Assembly (NCBI GenBank): GCA_034530615.2
Contig: JAVRCV020000041.1
Span: 202,906 to 266,905, forward strand
Direction: 5' to 3'
Length of the DNA: 64,000 bases
From: Aulosira sp. ZfuVER01
Lineage (GTDB): Bacteria > Cyanobacteriota > Cyanobacteriia > Cyanobacteriales > Nostocaceae
Shown piece by piece: positions 1 to 9,820 of this stretch. The notes below the pieces were generated by a model. It was not told where the DNA came from, searched no databases, and saw only the letters and a program-made list of their open reading frames with translations. How positions within the stretch are numbered: position 1 is the first letter of the stretch; each line of letters opens with the position of its first letter. The position numbers and the translations under genes are program-made.

Positions 1-2330
1 AATAATTGTTGTGGTTTAGCAATTAAAACTTCCACAACAGCTTTTTCACGTTGTTCTGCTTGTTGCTTCAATCCAATCGCTAAAACAGTAACTACTAATA
101 ATCCAGCAACTACTAACGACAGCCACCAATTTTTTTGTTTTTCAGCGTGAACTCTATTTCGCGCTTCCTGAGTTTTTTCAGCTTCAGCTTTGGCTCTTGT
201 CTCTGCTTCTTGTTGACGATATTCTGCTAGTTCTCTGAGTAGCCGTTCTTGGTCTAATTGTGATTGTATTTCTCTATCTTTTTTTGCCAAACTCTTATCT
301 AAAAACTCAGCTTCCTGTGGTGTCAGTCTTGGCTGAGTTCTCTCTACCCACTCAGCAATTATTGCCAGCTTTGCACCAGTCAATAGAGCATCATCCGATT
401 TATTAAATCTTTGTTGCCATTCGTGGCAATCTTCATCTAAGGAGCGACTTAGACGAATATTCTCTTGATTTTCAGCAATCCAACTATTGAGTAATTTCCA
501 TTCAGATAAAAGTGCTTCATGAGCTACCTCTACTGTATTAGCATCAGTAATAATCAAGCGTTGTTGGGAACCCGCTAGTAATCCCACAACTCGTTGCATT
601 TGTGGTTGTGAATCTGCAACTGCTTCTAATCTCTCCCAGCTAGCACGCCGTCGAGTTACTTCCCCAGCTTCACCTAACTGCACCAATTCCATAAACAGGC
701 GACGTACAAATGCTTGATCTAAGCTAGTTAAACTTTGATACAAAATTGTAGCTCGCTTATCTAAAGCTCCTTTAACTCCACCAATTTCTTCATAGCCTTT
801 ATGAGTTAAAAGTGGTTCTGGAAATTCAGGTTTTTCAATACAAACTCGCCACAACTCTTTAAGTGCGTATTGCAGTATAGGTAATGCACCCGGACGATTA
901 ATAACATCGGCAGCAATTTGTGAGACTAAACTATTTTCAAAAGTCACACCATGTAAATTTGCCGGTTTTTCAATTGCTTCCTCTAAATCGGTAAAAGACA
1001 TTGGCGTGACAATGAACGATGTGGGAGGAACACTATTAATTAGATCAGCTATTTCTAAATAGTCAGCACATCTATTTAAAAAATCACCACGAATTGTGAG
1101 AATTATCCGTGTTTGTCGTTCATTAGTTTTAACTTCCTCTACTACTAATTTAATAAAAGCTTTGCGTTCTGCTTCATCTTGACAGAGAGTAAATATTTCT
1201 TCAAATTGATCGATAAACAACAGATAGAGTTTATTTTGCTGCTGTTGTTGAGTTAGAACTTCAACAAGTTTGCCTAGGGGATTTTCTCCAGGGGTAAAAG
1301 ATGCAATTTCCCATTGACTACTTCCAGGGAGGCGAGCGCTTTTTAGTTGCGGTAACAATCCTGCTTTCACTAAGGACGATTTGCCACTACCTGAATAGCC
1401 GATGACAGCTAGAAAACGACTCTCTGCTAAACGCGCAATTAGAGTACGAACTGCTTGCTCTCGTCCACAAAAATATTGTGCTTGTTCTAATTCAAAAGCA
1501 TAAAGTCCTCGATAAGGGTTTTCACGATTGAAAGCTGATGTTTCTTCTGTGGGAATATCTGAACGAGGATATGTCACCAGAGTTATCGAACGTCCCCAAC
1601 CCATGCGAATCGGTTCCTGTACTGAACCTTTAAGTTCGTTACTGACAAAATCAAACAAGCGATCGCCACTAATTCGCTGACTGCTACTCGCATTTTCCGG
1701 TGCTAATCCCTTAATAACTGCACCTGTGAAAATGCTATATTCTTCACTTTTAATTACGCCTGCTAGTTCAAAACCACGACAAGCTGTAATTAAGTAATAA
1801 TCCTTCTGCGAACTGAAAGTAGTCAAAGTACGTTCTACCAACTGTCTTTCTAAGAAATAGCCGCTATGACAGCAATCCAGTAGCATCACCAAACTACTCA
1901 ATTGCGAATCTCTAATTAGTTCGTTGAGGCTATCTAAGGGAATGGCATATTTTTGTTCGACAATCTGGTTGTTTGCAACTTCAATCTGACAATCAGAAGT
2001 TGCTAAATATCCTTTTTGCTGTCCTAAATTGTCCGATATCGTAAAACCATGTCCACTAAAATAAATTAGCGCTTCATTTTTAGTAGCTTGTTCTAGTAAG
2101 AATGTTCTCAGTTCTTGACCAATTTGAGCGCCAGTCAACTTTGATGCTGCTATTTCATAACCGTTTTTGTCTTTGTTCCAGCGTTGCGGTAGCCTTTGAA
2201 CTGACTGAAAATCACCATACTTTTCTAGTAATTGCGCTACGGCTTCAGCATCATTTGTGGTCTTTGACAAACGGGGTAATGAAGGGCTTTGATACTCCCC
2301 AATGCCAATAACAAGCGCGTATCGTGCCAT
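1..2330 (-). CDS. Caspase-family (peptidase C14) + STAND NTPase (nSTAND1-like) + TM protein, runs off window edge
   Basis: Not in the ORF track; translated by hand from ATG at 2330: MARYALVIGIGEYQS..., LIYFSGHG (His), LLDCCHSG (Cys), NPYRGLYAFE, Walker A GYSGSGKSS, LFIDQFEEIFT, then a charged helix and a hydrophobic segment WWLSLVVAGLLVVTVLAIGL. Confidence 0.9.
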   Translation of the reverse strand, partial: MARYALVIGIGEYQSPSLPRLSKTTNDAEAVAQLLEKYGDFQSVQRLPQRWNKDKNGYEIAASKLTGAQIGQELRTFLLEQATKNEALIYFSGHGFTISDNLGQQKGYLATSDCQIEVANNQIVEQKYAIPLDSLNELIRDSQLSSLVMLLDCCHSGYFLERQLVERTLTTFSSQKDYYLITACRGFELAGVIKSEEYSIFTGAVIKGLAPENASSSQRISGDRLFDFVSNELKGSVQEPIRMGWGRSITLVTYPRSDIPTEETSAFNRENPYRGLYAFELEQAQYFCGREQAVRTLIARLAESRFLAVIGYSGSGKSSLVKAGLLPQLKSARLPGSSQWEIASFTPGENPLGKLVEVLTQQQQQNKLYLLFIDQFEEIFTLCQDEAERKAFIKLVVEEVKTNERQTRIILTIRGDFLNRCADYLEIADLINSVPPTSFIVTPMSFTDLEEAIEKPANLHGVTFENSLVSQIAADVINRPGALPILQYALKELWRVCIEKPEFPEPLLTHKGYEEIGGVKGALDKRATILYQSLTSLDQAFVRRLFMELVQLGEAGEVTRRRASWERLEAVADSQPQMQRVVGLLAGSQQRLIITDANTVEVAHEALLSEWKLLNSWIAENQENIRLSRSLDEDCHEWQQRFNKSDDALLTGAKLAIIAEWVERTQPRLTPQEAEFLDKSLAKKDREIQSQLDQERLLRELAEYRQQEAETRAKAEAEKTQEARNRVHAEKQKNWWLSLVVAGLLVVTVLAIGLKQQAEQREKAVVEVLIAKPQQL

Positions 2331-2479
2331 CTAATACACCTTGAGTTGGTAAATGCGAGTTAATTTTGACAGGTACACATTGATGGTGGTATTAAGAAAA
2401 ACAATACCACAACCAAATTATTCCGCAAGCAGGCTGAAATTTTTCACACACGATACAAAAAGTTTAATTGAGGCAGCCC

Positions 2480-2851
2480 ATGTCAGAAGTGCAGCGTCTA
2501 TTTTTTGAAGCGGACGGAGAAATTGACCAGATTGAGATTAATCTCTCAGCAACTGAAACAACTCCGGAAATTGATGAAGAAGATGACGGTATAGAATACA
2601 AGGATGTACGCACAGATGCGATCGCACGTATGCAACAAGCTCGTCAAATGATTCGTGGCTATACCACGTATGCTCTTAGTGCCTTTAAAGACTTCAATAG
2701 TGCTGAAATTGAGGAAGTAACCCTGAAATTTGGGATTAAGATGGGTGGCAAGGCTGGCATTCCTTACATTACAGAAGGTTCAGCTGAAAGTAATTTGGAA
2801 ATTGAAGTGAAGTGCAAATTTCCAGACAAACAAAAACCAATTTCTCAATAG
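2480..2851 (+). CDS. Trypco1 / CU044_2847-like protein
   Basis: Acidic N-terminus, then EEVTLKFGIKMGGKAGIPYITEGSAESNLEIEVK, typical of Trypco1; GAGG RBS before ATG 2480. Confidence 0.8.
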   Translation: MSEVQRLFFEADGEIDQIEINLSATETTPEIDEEDDGIEYKDVRTDAIARMQQARQMIRGYTTYALSAFKDFNSAEIEEVTLKFGIKMGGKAGIPYITEGSAESNLEIEVKCKFPDKQKPISQ

Positions 2852-2924
2852 TAAACACAAGCCTTACCGAATTTTAAATTTTGGATTGAAGATGAAGGAT
2901 AAACAAAACAAATACAAATGAGTA

Positions 2925-3797
2925 ATGACCAATGGAAAAATCTATCGTGGTTTATTTGTGGGTTTAGTAACCTTAGATTTCATTTATCTGGCTGAGTCTG
3001 CCCCACAAAATAATCAGAAGATAGTGGCAATTGACTATACTGTAGCAGCAGGTGGCCCGGCGACAAATGCGGCAATCACTTTTAGCCATTTAGGAAACCA
3101 AACCACAGTGTTGGGTGTAGTAGGTTCTCACCCGATGACGCAACTAATTCGCACAGATTTAGCAACTTACAAAGTAGCGATCGCAGATCTTGAGCCTAAC
3201 ACTACAACATCTGTACCAGTCTCTTCGATTATTGTCACCCAATCTACAGGTGAAAGGGCTGTAGTTTCCATTAATGCAGTTAAAACTCAAGCTAGTACTG
3301 CATCTGTGCCGTCAGATATTTTGCAAAATATTGATATAGTTCTGATTGATGGACATCAGATGGAAGTTGGGATAGCGATCGCTCAAATGGCTAAAGTTAA
3401 GAATATCCCAATTGCAATCGATGGTGGTAGCTGGAAGCCTGGGTTTGAAAAACTCTTACCTTTTGTGGATTACGCTATTTGTTCTAGTAATTTTTCTCCC
3501 CCCAACTGTCACACAGCAGCAGATGTGTTCGCCTATCTCAGTTCTTTGGCAATTCCCCACATCGCCATCACTCATGGAGAACAGCCAATTGAATACTTAA
3601 GTTGTGGTAATACTGGTATTCTAGATGTGCCGAGCATTTCAGCAGTTGATACACTGGGGGCTGGAGATATTTTTCACGGTGCCTTCTGCCATTACATCTT
3701 ACAAGCAAGTTTCACTGATGCACTGGCTCAGGCAGCTAAAGTAGCCGCTAAAGCTTGCCAATTTTTCGGCACTCGTCGTTGGATGGATGCACAGTAG
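2925..3797 (+). CDS. PfkB-family carbohydrate kinase
   Basis: GGPATNAA and DTLGAGDIFHG signatures. Confidence 0.9.
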   Translation: MTNGKIYRGLFVGLVTLDFIYLAESAPQNNQKIVAIDYTVAAGGPATNAAITFSHLGNQTTVLGVVGSHPMTQLIRTDLATYKVAIADLEPNTTTSVPVSSIIVTQSTGERAVVSINAVKTQASTASVPSDILQNIDIVLIDGHQMEVGIAIAQMAKVKNIPIAIDGGSWKPGFEKLLPFVDYAICSSNFSPPNCHTAADVFAYLSSLAIPHIAITHGEQPIEYLSCGNTGILDVPSISAVDTLGAGDIFHGAFCHYILQASFTDALAQAAKVAAKACQFFGTRRWMDAQ

Positions 3798-3828
3798 TGA
3801 TTAAATGTACTACCAGAAGGTTGAATTA

Positions 3829-4692
3829 ATGAAAGATTTACAAGAAATATTAGCGATCGCTCGTCAGGTAGGATGGGGAGCAGCAGATATACTTCGGTCT
3901 TATTATCACGGGACGGTGAAAGACTCTAATCTCGAAGTGCAATATAAACAAAATGAGCCTGTCACCGTTGCAGATATAGCTACCAGTCAATATATTTTAG
4001 ATAATTTACAAGCAGTTTTAGGGAATGAAGATTTTACTTACATTAGTGAAGAAACTTATAAATCACAACTAAATCACAATAATTCTACCTGGGTATGGAT
4101 TATCGACCCTTTAGATGGCACGCGAGATTTTATCGATAAAACAGGGGACTATGCAATTCACATTGCTTTAGTCAAAGAAACCCGCCCAGTACTTGCTATT
4201 GTTGCAATACCAGAGGCAGAAAAGTTGTATTTTGCTACCAAAGGCGGGGGTACATTTGTCGAAACCCGTAATGGTTCTGCTGCCTTGCAGATGTCGTTAG
4301 GTTTCAGCAAAAAGCGCCTTGAAGATTTAACTTTAGTTGTTAGTCGCTCTCATCGCAATCAAAGATTAAATTACCTGCTGGAAAATTTACCTTGTAAGAA
4401 TCAAAAAGCAATTGGCAGTGTAGGTTGCAAAGTTGCAGCTATTGTTGAGCAACAAGCAGATGTGTATATTTCTCTGTCTGGTAAATCTGCGCCTAAAGAT
4501 TGGGACATAGCTGCACCAGAATTAATTTTGACAGAGGCTGGCGGTAATTTCACACACTTTGATGGCTCGCCTTTGCAGTACAACACCGATGATATTAATC
4601 AATGGGGTGGATTGCTAGCCAGTAATGGTCAGTATCACGAAATGCTGTGTAAACAAGCAGAAAGTATTTTAGCCCAATTCCCTAATAGCTAA
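3829..4692 (+). CDS. cysQ: 3'(2'),5'-bisphosphate nucleotidase (inositol monophosphatase family)
   Basis: VTVAD, ISEE, WIIDPLDGTRDF, WDIAA motifs. Confidence 0.85.
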   Translation: MKDLQEILAIARQVGWGAADILRSYYHGTVKDSNLEVQYKQNEPVTVADIATSQYILDNLQAVLGNEDFTYISEETYKSQLNHNNSTWVWIIDPLDGTRDFIDKTGDYAIHIALVKETRPVLAIVAIPEAEKLYFATKGGGTFVETRNGSAALQMSLGFSKKRLEDLTLVVSRSHRNQRLNYLLENLPCKNQKAIGSVGCKVAAIVEQQADVYISLSGKSAPKDWDIAAPELILTEAGGNFTHFDGSPLQYNTDDINQWGGLLASNGQYHEMLCKQAESILAQFPNS

Positions 4693-4975
4693 AGAGTTGA
4701 AGAAGCGGGATTATATCTTAATTTAGGAACTATTCAATTTTTATCGTAGGTAATTACTTTTTGGCAAAAATTTTATGTTGAAAAATGCGACAATCGTGCA
4801 ATAATTGGATACGTGCAAAAATATAGCCGTAAACATCAGCTTTCGTGAGCTTGCCTGACGATTTATACCTTTGAAATCCAACTCCGTAGGAGTTAATTTT
4901 CAAATGCTGTGCTACACTAGCGGATATAAAGATTATTTTCGGTTGAGTTATTCGTTTTGATTTCTCAAAAGCGTC

Positions 4976-5014
4976 TCTCCGAATTTAACTCTCCACACTT
5001 TCTGAATTCGGAGA
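4976..5014 (+). promoter_or_regulatory. rbp 5'-UTR inverted repeat pairing with the RBS
   Basis: TCTCCGAATT (4976-4985) is the perfect complement of AATTCGGAGA (5005-5014), which contains the RBS; matches the TCTCCGAA/TTCGGAGA boxes known upstream of cyanobacterial rbp genes. Confidence 0.7.
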
Positions 5015-5020
5015 CAGAAC

Positions 5021-5323
5021 ATGTCGATTTACGTTGGAAACTTGTCTTATCAGGTAACTGAGGAAGACCTGAAGAGGGCTTTTGCAGAATATGGAACGGT
5101 GAATCGCGTTCAACTACCTACTGATCGGGAGACAGGTCGGCCACGTGGTTTTGCATTTGTAGAAATGGAAACCGATGCTCAAGAAACAGCTGCTATCGAT
5201 GCACTTGACGGTGCTGAATGGATGGGACGCGATCTAAAAGTTAACAAGGCTAAACCTCGTGAAGAAAGAAGTTCCCCCCGTGGTAACTGGGGCAACAACA
5301 ACCGTAATAATCGCCGCTTCTAA
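5021..5323 (+). CDS. RRM RNA-binding protein (cyanobacterial Rbp family)
   Basis: RNP2 IYVGNL, RNP1 RGFAFVEM; lies upstream of rpsU. Confidence 0.95.
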   Translation: MSIYVGNLSYQVTEEDLKRAFAEYGTVNRVQLPTDRETGRPRGFAFVEMETDAQETAAIDALDGAEWMGRDLKVNKAKPREERSSPRGNWGNNNRNNRRF

Positions 5324-5437
5324 GCCTGACGCTGAAAACTTAAAAATCTAGAGTCTCCAGCAGATAAGGCCAAAGGCTCGTTTCTGCTGGAATATTTTAT
5401 TTTGTCTATTCATCCATAATTTAGAGGAGGAATGAGA

Positions 5438-5632
5438 ATGACACAAGTAGTACTAGGAGAGAATGAAGGTATTGAATCAGCTTTACGAAGATTTAAGCGG
5501 GAAGTTTCAAAAGCAGGGATTTTCCAAGATATGCGCAAAAAGCGTCACTTTGAGACACCTCTAGAAAAAGAAAAGCGCAAGGCAGTTGCCAGACACAAGC
5601 AAAGTCGTAGACAACGTTCTCGCTACAGATAA
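5438..5632 (+). CDS. rpsU: 30S ribosomal protein S21
   Basis: [21 protein letters not shown]...HFETP; GAGGAGG RBS. Confidence 0.95.
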   Translation: MTQVVLGENEGIESALRRFKREVSKAGIFQDMRKKRHFETPLEKEKRKAVARHKQSRRQRSRYR

Positions 5633-5850
5633 AATTTCTTAGAAATTTGCTTTTCGACTAGCTTTTTGTGTTGAACTACTATGCTTGGTGGCTTGAGGCT
5701 CAAAAAGCTCAAATAAGTAGTCAAGACATCAATAAATAAAAATTTTGGTAGTAGCACTGTCTTTGCTTTCAGTGCTACTACAAATTTATGAGCTAAATGC
5801 AATTGGTTATATATCATCACGCAATCTCTGACTCTAGATTTTCAGAACAA

Positions 5851-6588
5851 ATGTTGCGCCTTTATCATCTATTAATTGGTGCTACCTTAGTAGCATTGAT
5901 CCCTGTGGGGGTAAAATATGGTTCTGGGCTAATTTCTGGGAATAATCCAGAGCAGAAACCCCCAGTGGTACAGACATCAACAAAACCTAACCCTATTCCT
6001 ACTGAGGGGAATATTTGGCAGAATCTCCTGGGTAACACCTCAGCACCCAGCGATTGGCAAGTTGCACCTTGTAAGGGTAACGCACCGCTTTTATGTGTCA
6101 CCAGCAAAGGAAAACTTTTAGGTACAGTTGAGATTGGGGTTTACCCGTTAGACAAAAATCCGGCTTTCCAAAAGCAGTTAGAAGCAGCTGGTATTCCACC
6201 GGAGAGCAAAGTAGATTACCAAAACCCTCAGTATCAAACCCAACTATTGACAGCACTGAAGGCTTGGGTAGCAGACAACTATAACACGATCGCCAAAGAC
6301 CGTCAGGTTACTTATAAAAACCAGATTATTTTCTCACCCCTGCCCCCACAATCAGTAACAATTGGTAAACTTCCTGGAATCCGCTATGGGTTTGCCGGAC
6401 TCAAGCAGCAAGGTGGAGTACAGGAGCAACATATCGGTCATGTTACCTTCGATGGTAAGTCACTTTACGTCATTAGTAGCGCCTTTGATCCAGCCTCCCA
6501 AACAGGCAAATTTGATAAGTTAGAAGATTGGGCTATATTCCAACCTTATCTCTATGCGATCGCCACCGATCTGCGCTTACCCAAGTAA
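5851..6588 (+). CDS. Hypothetical exported/membrane-anchored protein
   Basis: N-terminal hydrophobic helix, Pro-rich linker, two Cys; long ORF. Confidence 0.7.
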   Translation: MLRLYHLLIGATLVALIPVGVKYGSGLISGNNPEQKPPVVQTSTKPNPIPTEGNIWQNLLGNTSAPSDWQVAPCKGNAPLLCVTSKGKLLGTVEIGVYPLDKNPAFQKQLEAAGIPPESKVDYQNPQYQTQLLTALKAWVADNYNTIAKDRQVTYKNQIIFSPLPPQSVTIGKLPGIRYGFAGLKQQGGVQEQHIGHVTFDGKSLYVISSAFDPASQTGKFDKLEDWAIFQPYLYAIATDLRLPK

Positions 6589-6607
6589 ATTTGTGGTTGG
6601 TATTCTC

Positions 6608-7201
6608 TCAAAAAGATCCTACTACCTGTAGCCCAACAAGCGATCCGCCCGCATCATCACTGCTAATTATGGGAAATAATATCAGCCCATGCTTTTGGCT
6701 TAACTCCAATTTCGCTGTCAGATATCCCAGTGCAGCACCCGCCAGCACTTCTGTAATCCGATGACGATTGAGATTTACCCGTGAATAGGCGATAAGAGAC
6801 GCACCAGAGTACCAGAGGATCGCAGAACCGGGGTGATAGTGACTTTGTACAGTTGCGATCGCAAATGCTGCTGTTGCATGACAACTAGGGAAACTATCGC
6901 GGGAGTCGGAATCGGGGCGTTTCACATCGGTGACTTCTTTTAAAGCTATACAAAGTAGAGTACTTGTACCGAGGGAATCTAACGCCCGCAGGGAATGTTG
7001 TCCGCCTTGTTTACCATCCAGCAACAGCGGTAGGGCGACACCAGCACCTAAATAGAGCGCAGTACCACCTCCAGAGACAAACTCAGACACGTCTTTGTCA
7101 AAAGTATCAGCGATCGCTTTAGGTGGAGACATTATGCAGTATAAGGCAATAAAGGCAGGCCATACTGTTTTGAACCAAGATACAAAAAGCCTATTCTGCA
7201 T
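6608..7201 (-). CDS. PAP2-family phosphatase
   Basis: K...RP, SFPSCH, SRVNLNRH motifs. Confidence 0.85.
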   Translation of the reverse strand: MQNRLFVSWFKTVWPAFIALYCIMSPPKAIADTFDKDVSEFVSGGGTALYLGAGVALPLLLDGKQGGQHSLRALDSLGTSTLLCIALKEVTDVKRPDSDSRDSFPSCHATAAFAIATVQSHYHPGSAILWYSGASLIAYSRVNLNRHRITEVLAGAALGYLTAKLELSQKHGLILFPIISSDDAGGSLVGLQVVGSF

Positions 7202-7363
7202 TTAATTAATGTATAGTAATTTGCAAGATTTACTCATGATTTCGCTCAGATAAAAGCTAAAGAATTATACTATTTTTTAAACATTTATCAACTCATATAT
7301 AGGATTTTTGGTAATGGATAATTGCAAGTATTACCCATTACCTATTAACAACTACGGAGAAGC

Positions 7364-8251
7364 TTAAATTTCAGCTACAGCTCGTTCAATCAGTCGACGG
7401 GCTAGAGTTTGCGTACCAGTGTGTTCGTAGTAATTGGTTGCCACATCCAAAAATGCAGCTAAGTAATCCAATTTGCTATCAGAAAATTCGACAAAACTTT
7501 GCAAATGACTGACAACTTTTTGTGGTGTTAAATTATTGGAGGCAACAAGACCACCCATCCAACCTTTCACAGAATCAAAGCTTTCACCAATAAAGTTTAG
7601 TTTACTGCCAGCATTGTTGCCGGGGATGACATCTTTGATACTTTGAAAAGTCGAGTTTTGTTCTAACTCTTGGGGATTAGTTTGGCTTATTCCAGATATA
7701 GCTTTGCTGATGAAGTCTGGCCCCAAGGGGATTAAACCATCAACGCAGACTAAAGCCACCATGCGAATTAAAGACTCACCACTATACTCACCCAAAGAGG
7801 CGACAAAATCGCCAATGCTGTCCCCAGGAATGCCATTGATTTGGCAGAAGGCTACCAACTCAGCCACTAATTTTAAAGTTAAGTCAATGGTTTGGGCTTT
7901 GTCAGGTTTGGGAGTGACAGCGTTTAAAAAACCTAACAAAGGAACTTTCTCTCCCACCTTATTGGCTAAAGCTGCTGCACCAAGAGCTTTATCTGTGCCA
8001 TCAACGGTTTGATAAAGCCACAAAGCTGTTTGATATCCTTGGGATTTATCGTTGAAAAGATAAATTGCCCGTTCGCCAATTTGTTGAATTAAGTCTTCGT
8101 CAGTTTCGCCCGTCACAGTTTTAATAGTGTTGACAAAGCCTACAGTATTTTGCCACTGACCTGGAGCCACAAAATCAAGGGCATTCAACATAGAAATAGT
8201 CAAACCACTGGTTGGGAGTTGATCTACCAACTCAAAAATTGATTTGCTCAA
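7364..8251 (-). CDS. Conserved hypothetical protein
   Basis: 295-aa ORF, TTG start with GGAGA RBS; co-oriented with the upstream lipoprotein gene. Confidence 0.8.
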   Translation of the reverse strand: MSKSIFELVDQLPTSGLTISMLNALDFVAPGQWQNTVGFVNTIKTVTGETDEDLIQQIGERAIYLFNDKSQGYQTALWLYQTVDGTDKALGAAALANKVGEKVPLLGFLNAVTPKPDKAQTIDLTLKLVAELVAFCQINGIPGDSIGDFVASLGEYSGESLIRMVALVCVDGLIPLGPDFISKAISGISQTNPQELEQNSTFQSIKDVIPGNNAGSKLNFIGESFDSVKGWMGGLVASNNLTPQKVVSHLQSFVEFSDSKLDYLAAFLDVATNYYEHTGTQTLARRLIERAVAEI

Positions 8252-8298
8252 AACAATCTCCTATTTAGCTGTTGTAATTTTGATTTCTGTAGTGCAAG

Positions 8299-8808
8299 TT
8301 ATTTGAGTTTAGCCAGACCATCAAGATTGAACTTTTCTATCCAAGCTTCCCTGTCTGTTGCTGTAAATGTTGGATCTTTAGAGATGACTTTTACTTGGTA
8401 CTTACCTACCAAAATCGAAGTTTGAGTATTACCAAGCGTGACTGCGGGATAACCGCCGACTTTTTTGGTGCTTTTGGAGAATTTCGCGGCTGAACCAGGA
8501 ATACTAGTAGTGTCGGAAATAGCCAGTTGTGCTAAAGTTTTGCCACCTTTTTTCAAGTTTGCTTCCGAAAAGCCTTTTTTCTCTTGAGTATAGACGCGCT
8601 GATAACCGTCTCCCCCAGTAGGGAAGAATTTGTTCAATTTGCTACCTTGAGTCGCATTTTTAGCAACTGCTTGACCGCTTTTCTGGCGAGTGCTTTCTTG
8701 CTGTGCCTGGTCAAAACGTCCAGGGGTTTTTGGCGTACAGGCTGATGTCAGTAATAATACTGAGATTAACACAGCAGCTAAAATCCTACGTCCACGAGGG
8801 AAAGTCAT
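8299..8808 (-). CDS. Putative lipoprotein
   Basis: Signal peptide RGRRILAAVLISVLLLTSAC with lipobox Cys. Confidence 0.75.
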   Translation of the reverse strand: MTFPRGRRILAAVLISVLLLTSACTPKTPGRFDQAQQESTRQKSGQAVAKNATQGSKLNKFFPTGGDGYQRVYTQEKKGFSEANLKKGGKTLAQLAISDTTSIPGSAAKFSKSTKKVGGYPAVTLGNTQTSILVGKYQVKVISKDPTFTATDREAWIEKFNLDGLAKLK

Positions 8809-8918
8809 GTTTAGTTTGTCCTTATGCTTGAGCATTGAGGCAATTATCAGCGCTTGTTTGTTCTTTCGCCACAAAATTTACTTTTTGATAATTATTGCTG
8901 GGTATTTAGAATTACAGA

Positions 8919-8976
8919 AAGTCGGTGGGAAAGCCCACTCCTTCAAAGAGTAAGAAAAACCATCGCCCACCGACTT
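8919..8976. repeat. Short inverted-repeat element, possibly an IS200/IS605-derived remnant
   Basis: Perfect 11-bp IR AAGTCGGTGGG / CCCACCGACTT enclosing AAAGCCCACTCCTTC. Confidence 0.45.
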
Positions 8977-9016
8977 GGGGCATAGAGTATGGGGAAAGCC
9001 ACCAATGTCCTATGCG

Positions 9017-9667
9017 CTATTTTGTAGTCCGGGAAGCGATGACGGCATAAAACGGATCTCCTCCAGGTGCGCCCAACCATTGAAGTACAGCCGGGATGCT
9101 TGGTTTACTGACAATGACTTCTGGGTTAGAAAATCCGGGGACAGAGGCAAAATAGCTTTTGACTAGTTCAACTCTGCTTTCTTCGGATGCATCTCGCCAA
9201 GCTTGAATTGCTTTTTGAAAAAACATCCGGTTAGAAAAGCTGATAATAGCTACACCACCAGGTTTAAGGATGCGGTGGATTTCAGAAAAGACTGCTTCTG
9301 GATATTGCACATATTGTACGGAAACACAGTTGAGAACAGCATCAAAATCTCGATCTTGTAAAGGCAACTGTGGATTATCATTGATATCTTGTACAAAGTA
9401 ATGATTTAATCGGGGATTACGTGCTAATTCTTCAGTATTGAGTCCGTGTCCCTCAACATGGGCAAACTGCATTTCTTCCGGCAGATGAGATACCCAACTG
9501 CTCATCATGTCTAAGATGCGTGTGTTAGGTTTGAGACGAACGCGATATACATCTGTTAGCTGTTTAATAAACGCTTCATCAACATGGGTAACAAAGCGTG
9601 GATAGTCATAAAACAGTTTGTCATTTGTGTCATCTAACTTTAGGCGTTGATTTGGTCGAAGTATCAT
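9017..9667 (-). CDS. Class I SAM-dependent methyltransferase
   Basis: ILDMMSSW, FDAVLNCVSVQY, RILKPGG motifs. Confidence 0.9.
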   Translation of the reverse strand: MILRPNQRLKLDDTNDKLFYDYPRFVTHVDEAFIKQLTDVYRVRLKPNTRILDMMSSWVSHLPEEMQFAHVEGHGLNTEELARNPRLNHYFVQDINDNPQLPLQDRDFDAVLNCVSVQYVQYPEAVFSEIHRILKPGGVAIISFSNRMFFQKAIQAWRDASEESRVELVKSYFASVPGFSNPEVIVSKPSIPAVLQWLGAPGGDPFYAVIASRTTK

Positions 9668-9820
9668 AGCTTAAATGTCTATTTGGGAGGATTTTTTACC
9701 TAACTGAGTTAATTTCAGTTAGGATTTTAATCGAGTAATTTGGATGCTGCTTTACATATTTTAAAAGTAGGATTACAAATAAATAAAATTTACTTCGCAA
9801 CATTCAATTCGTACTAATTA

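Noticed and set aside
2102..2311. 69-aa plus-strand ORF
   Set aside because: Antisense to the caspase domain
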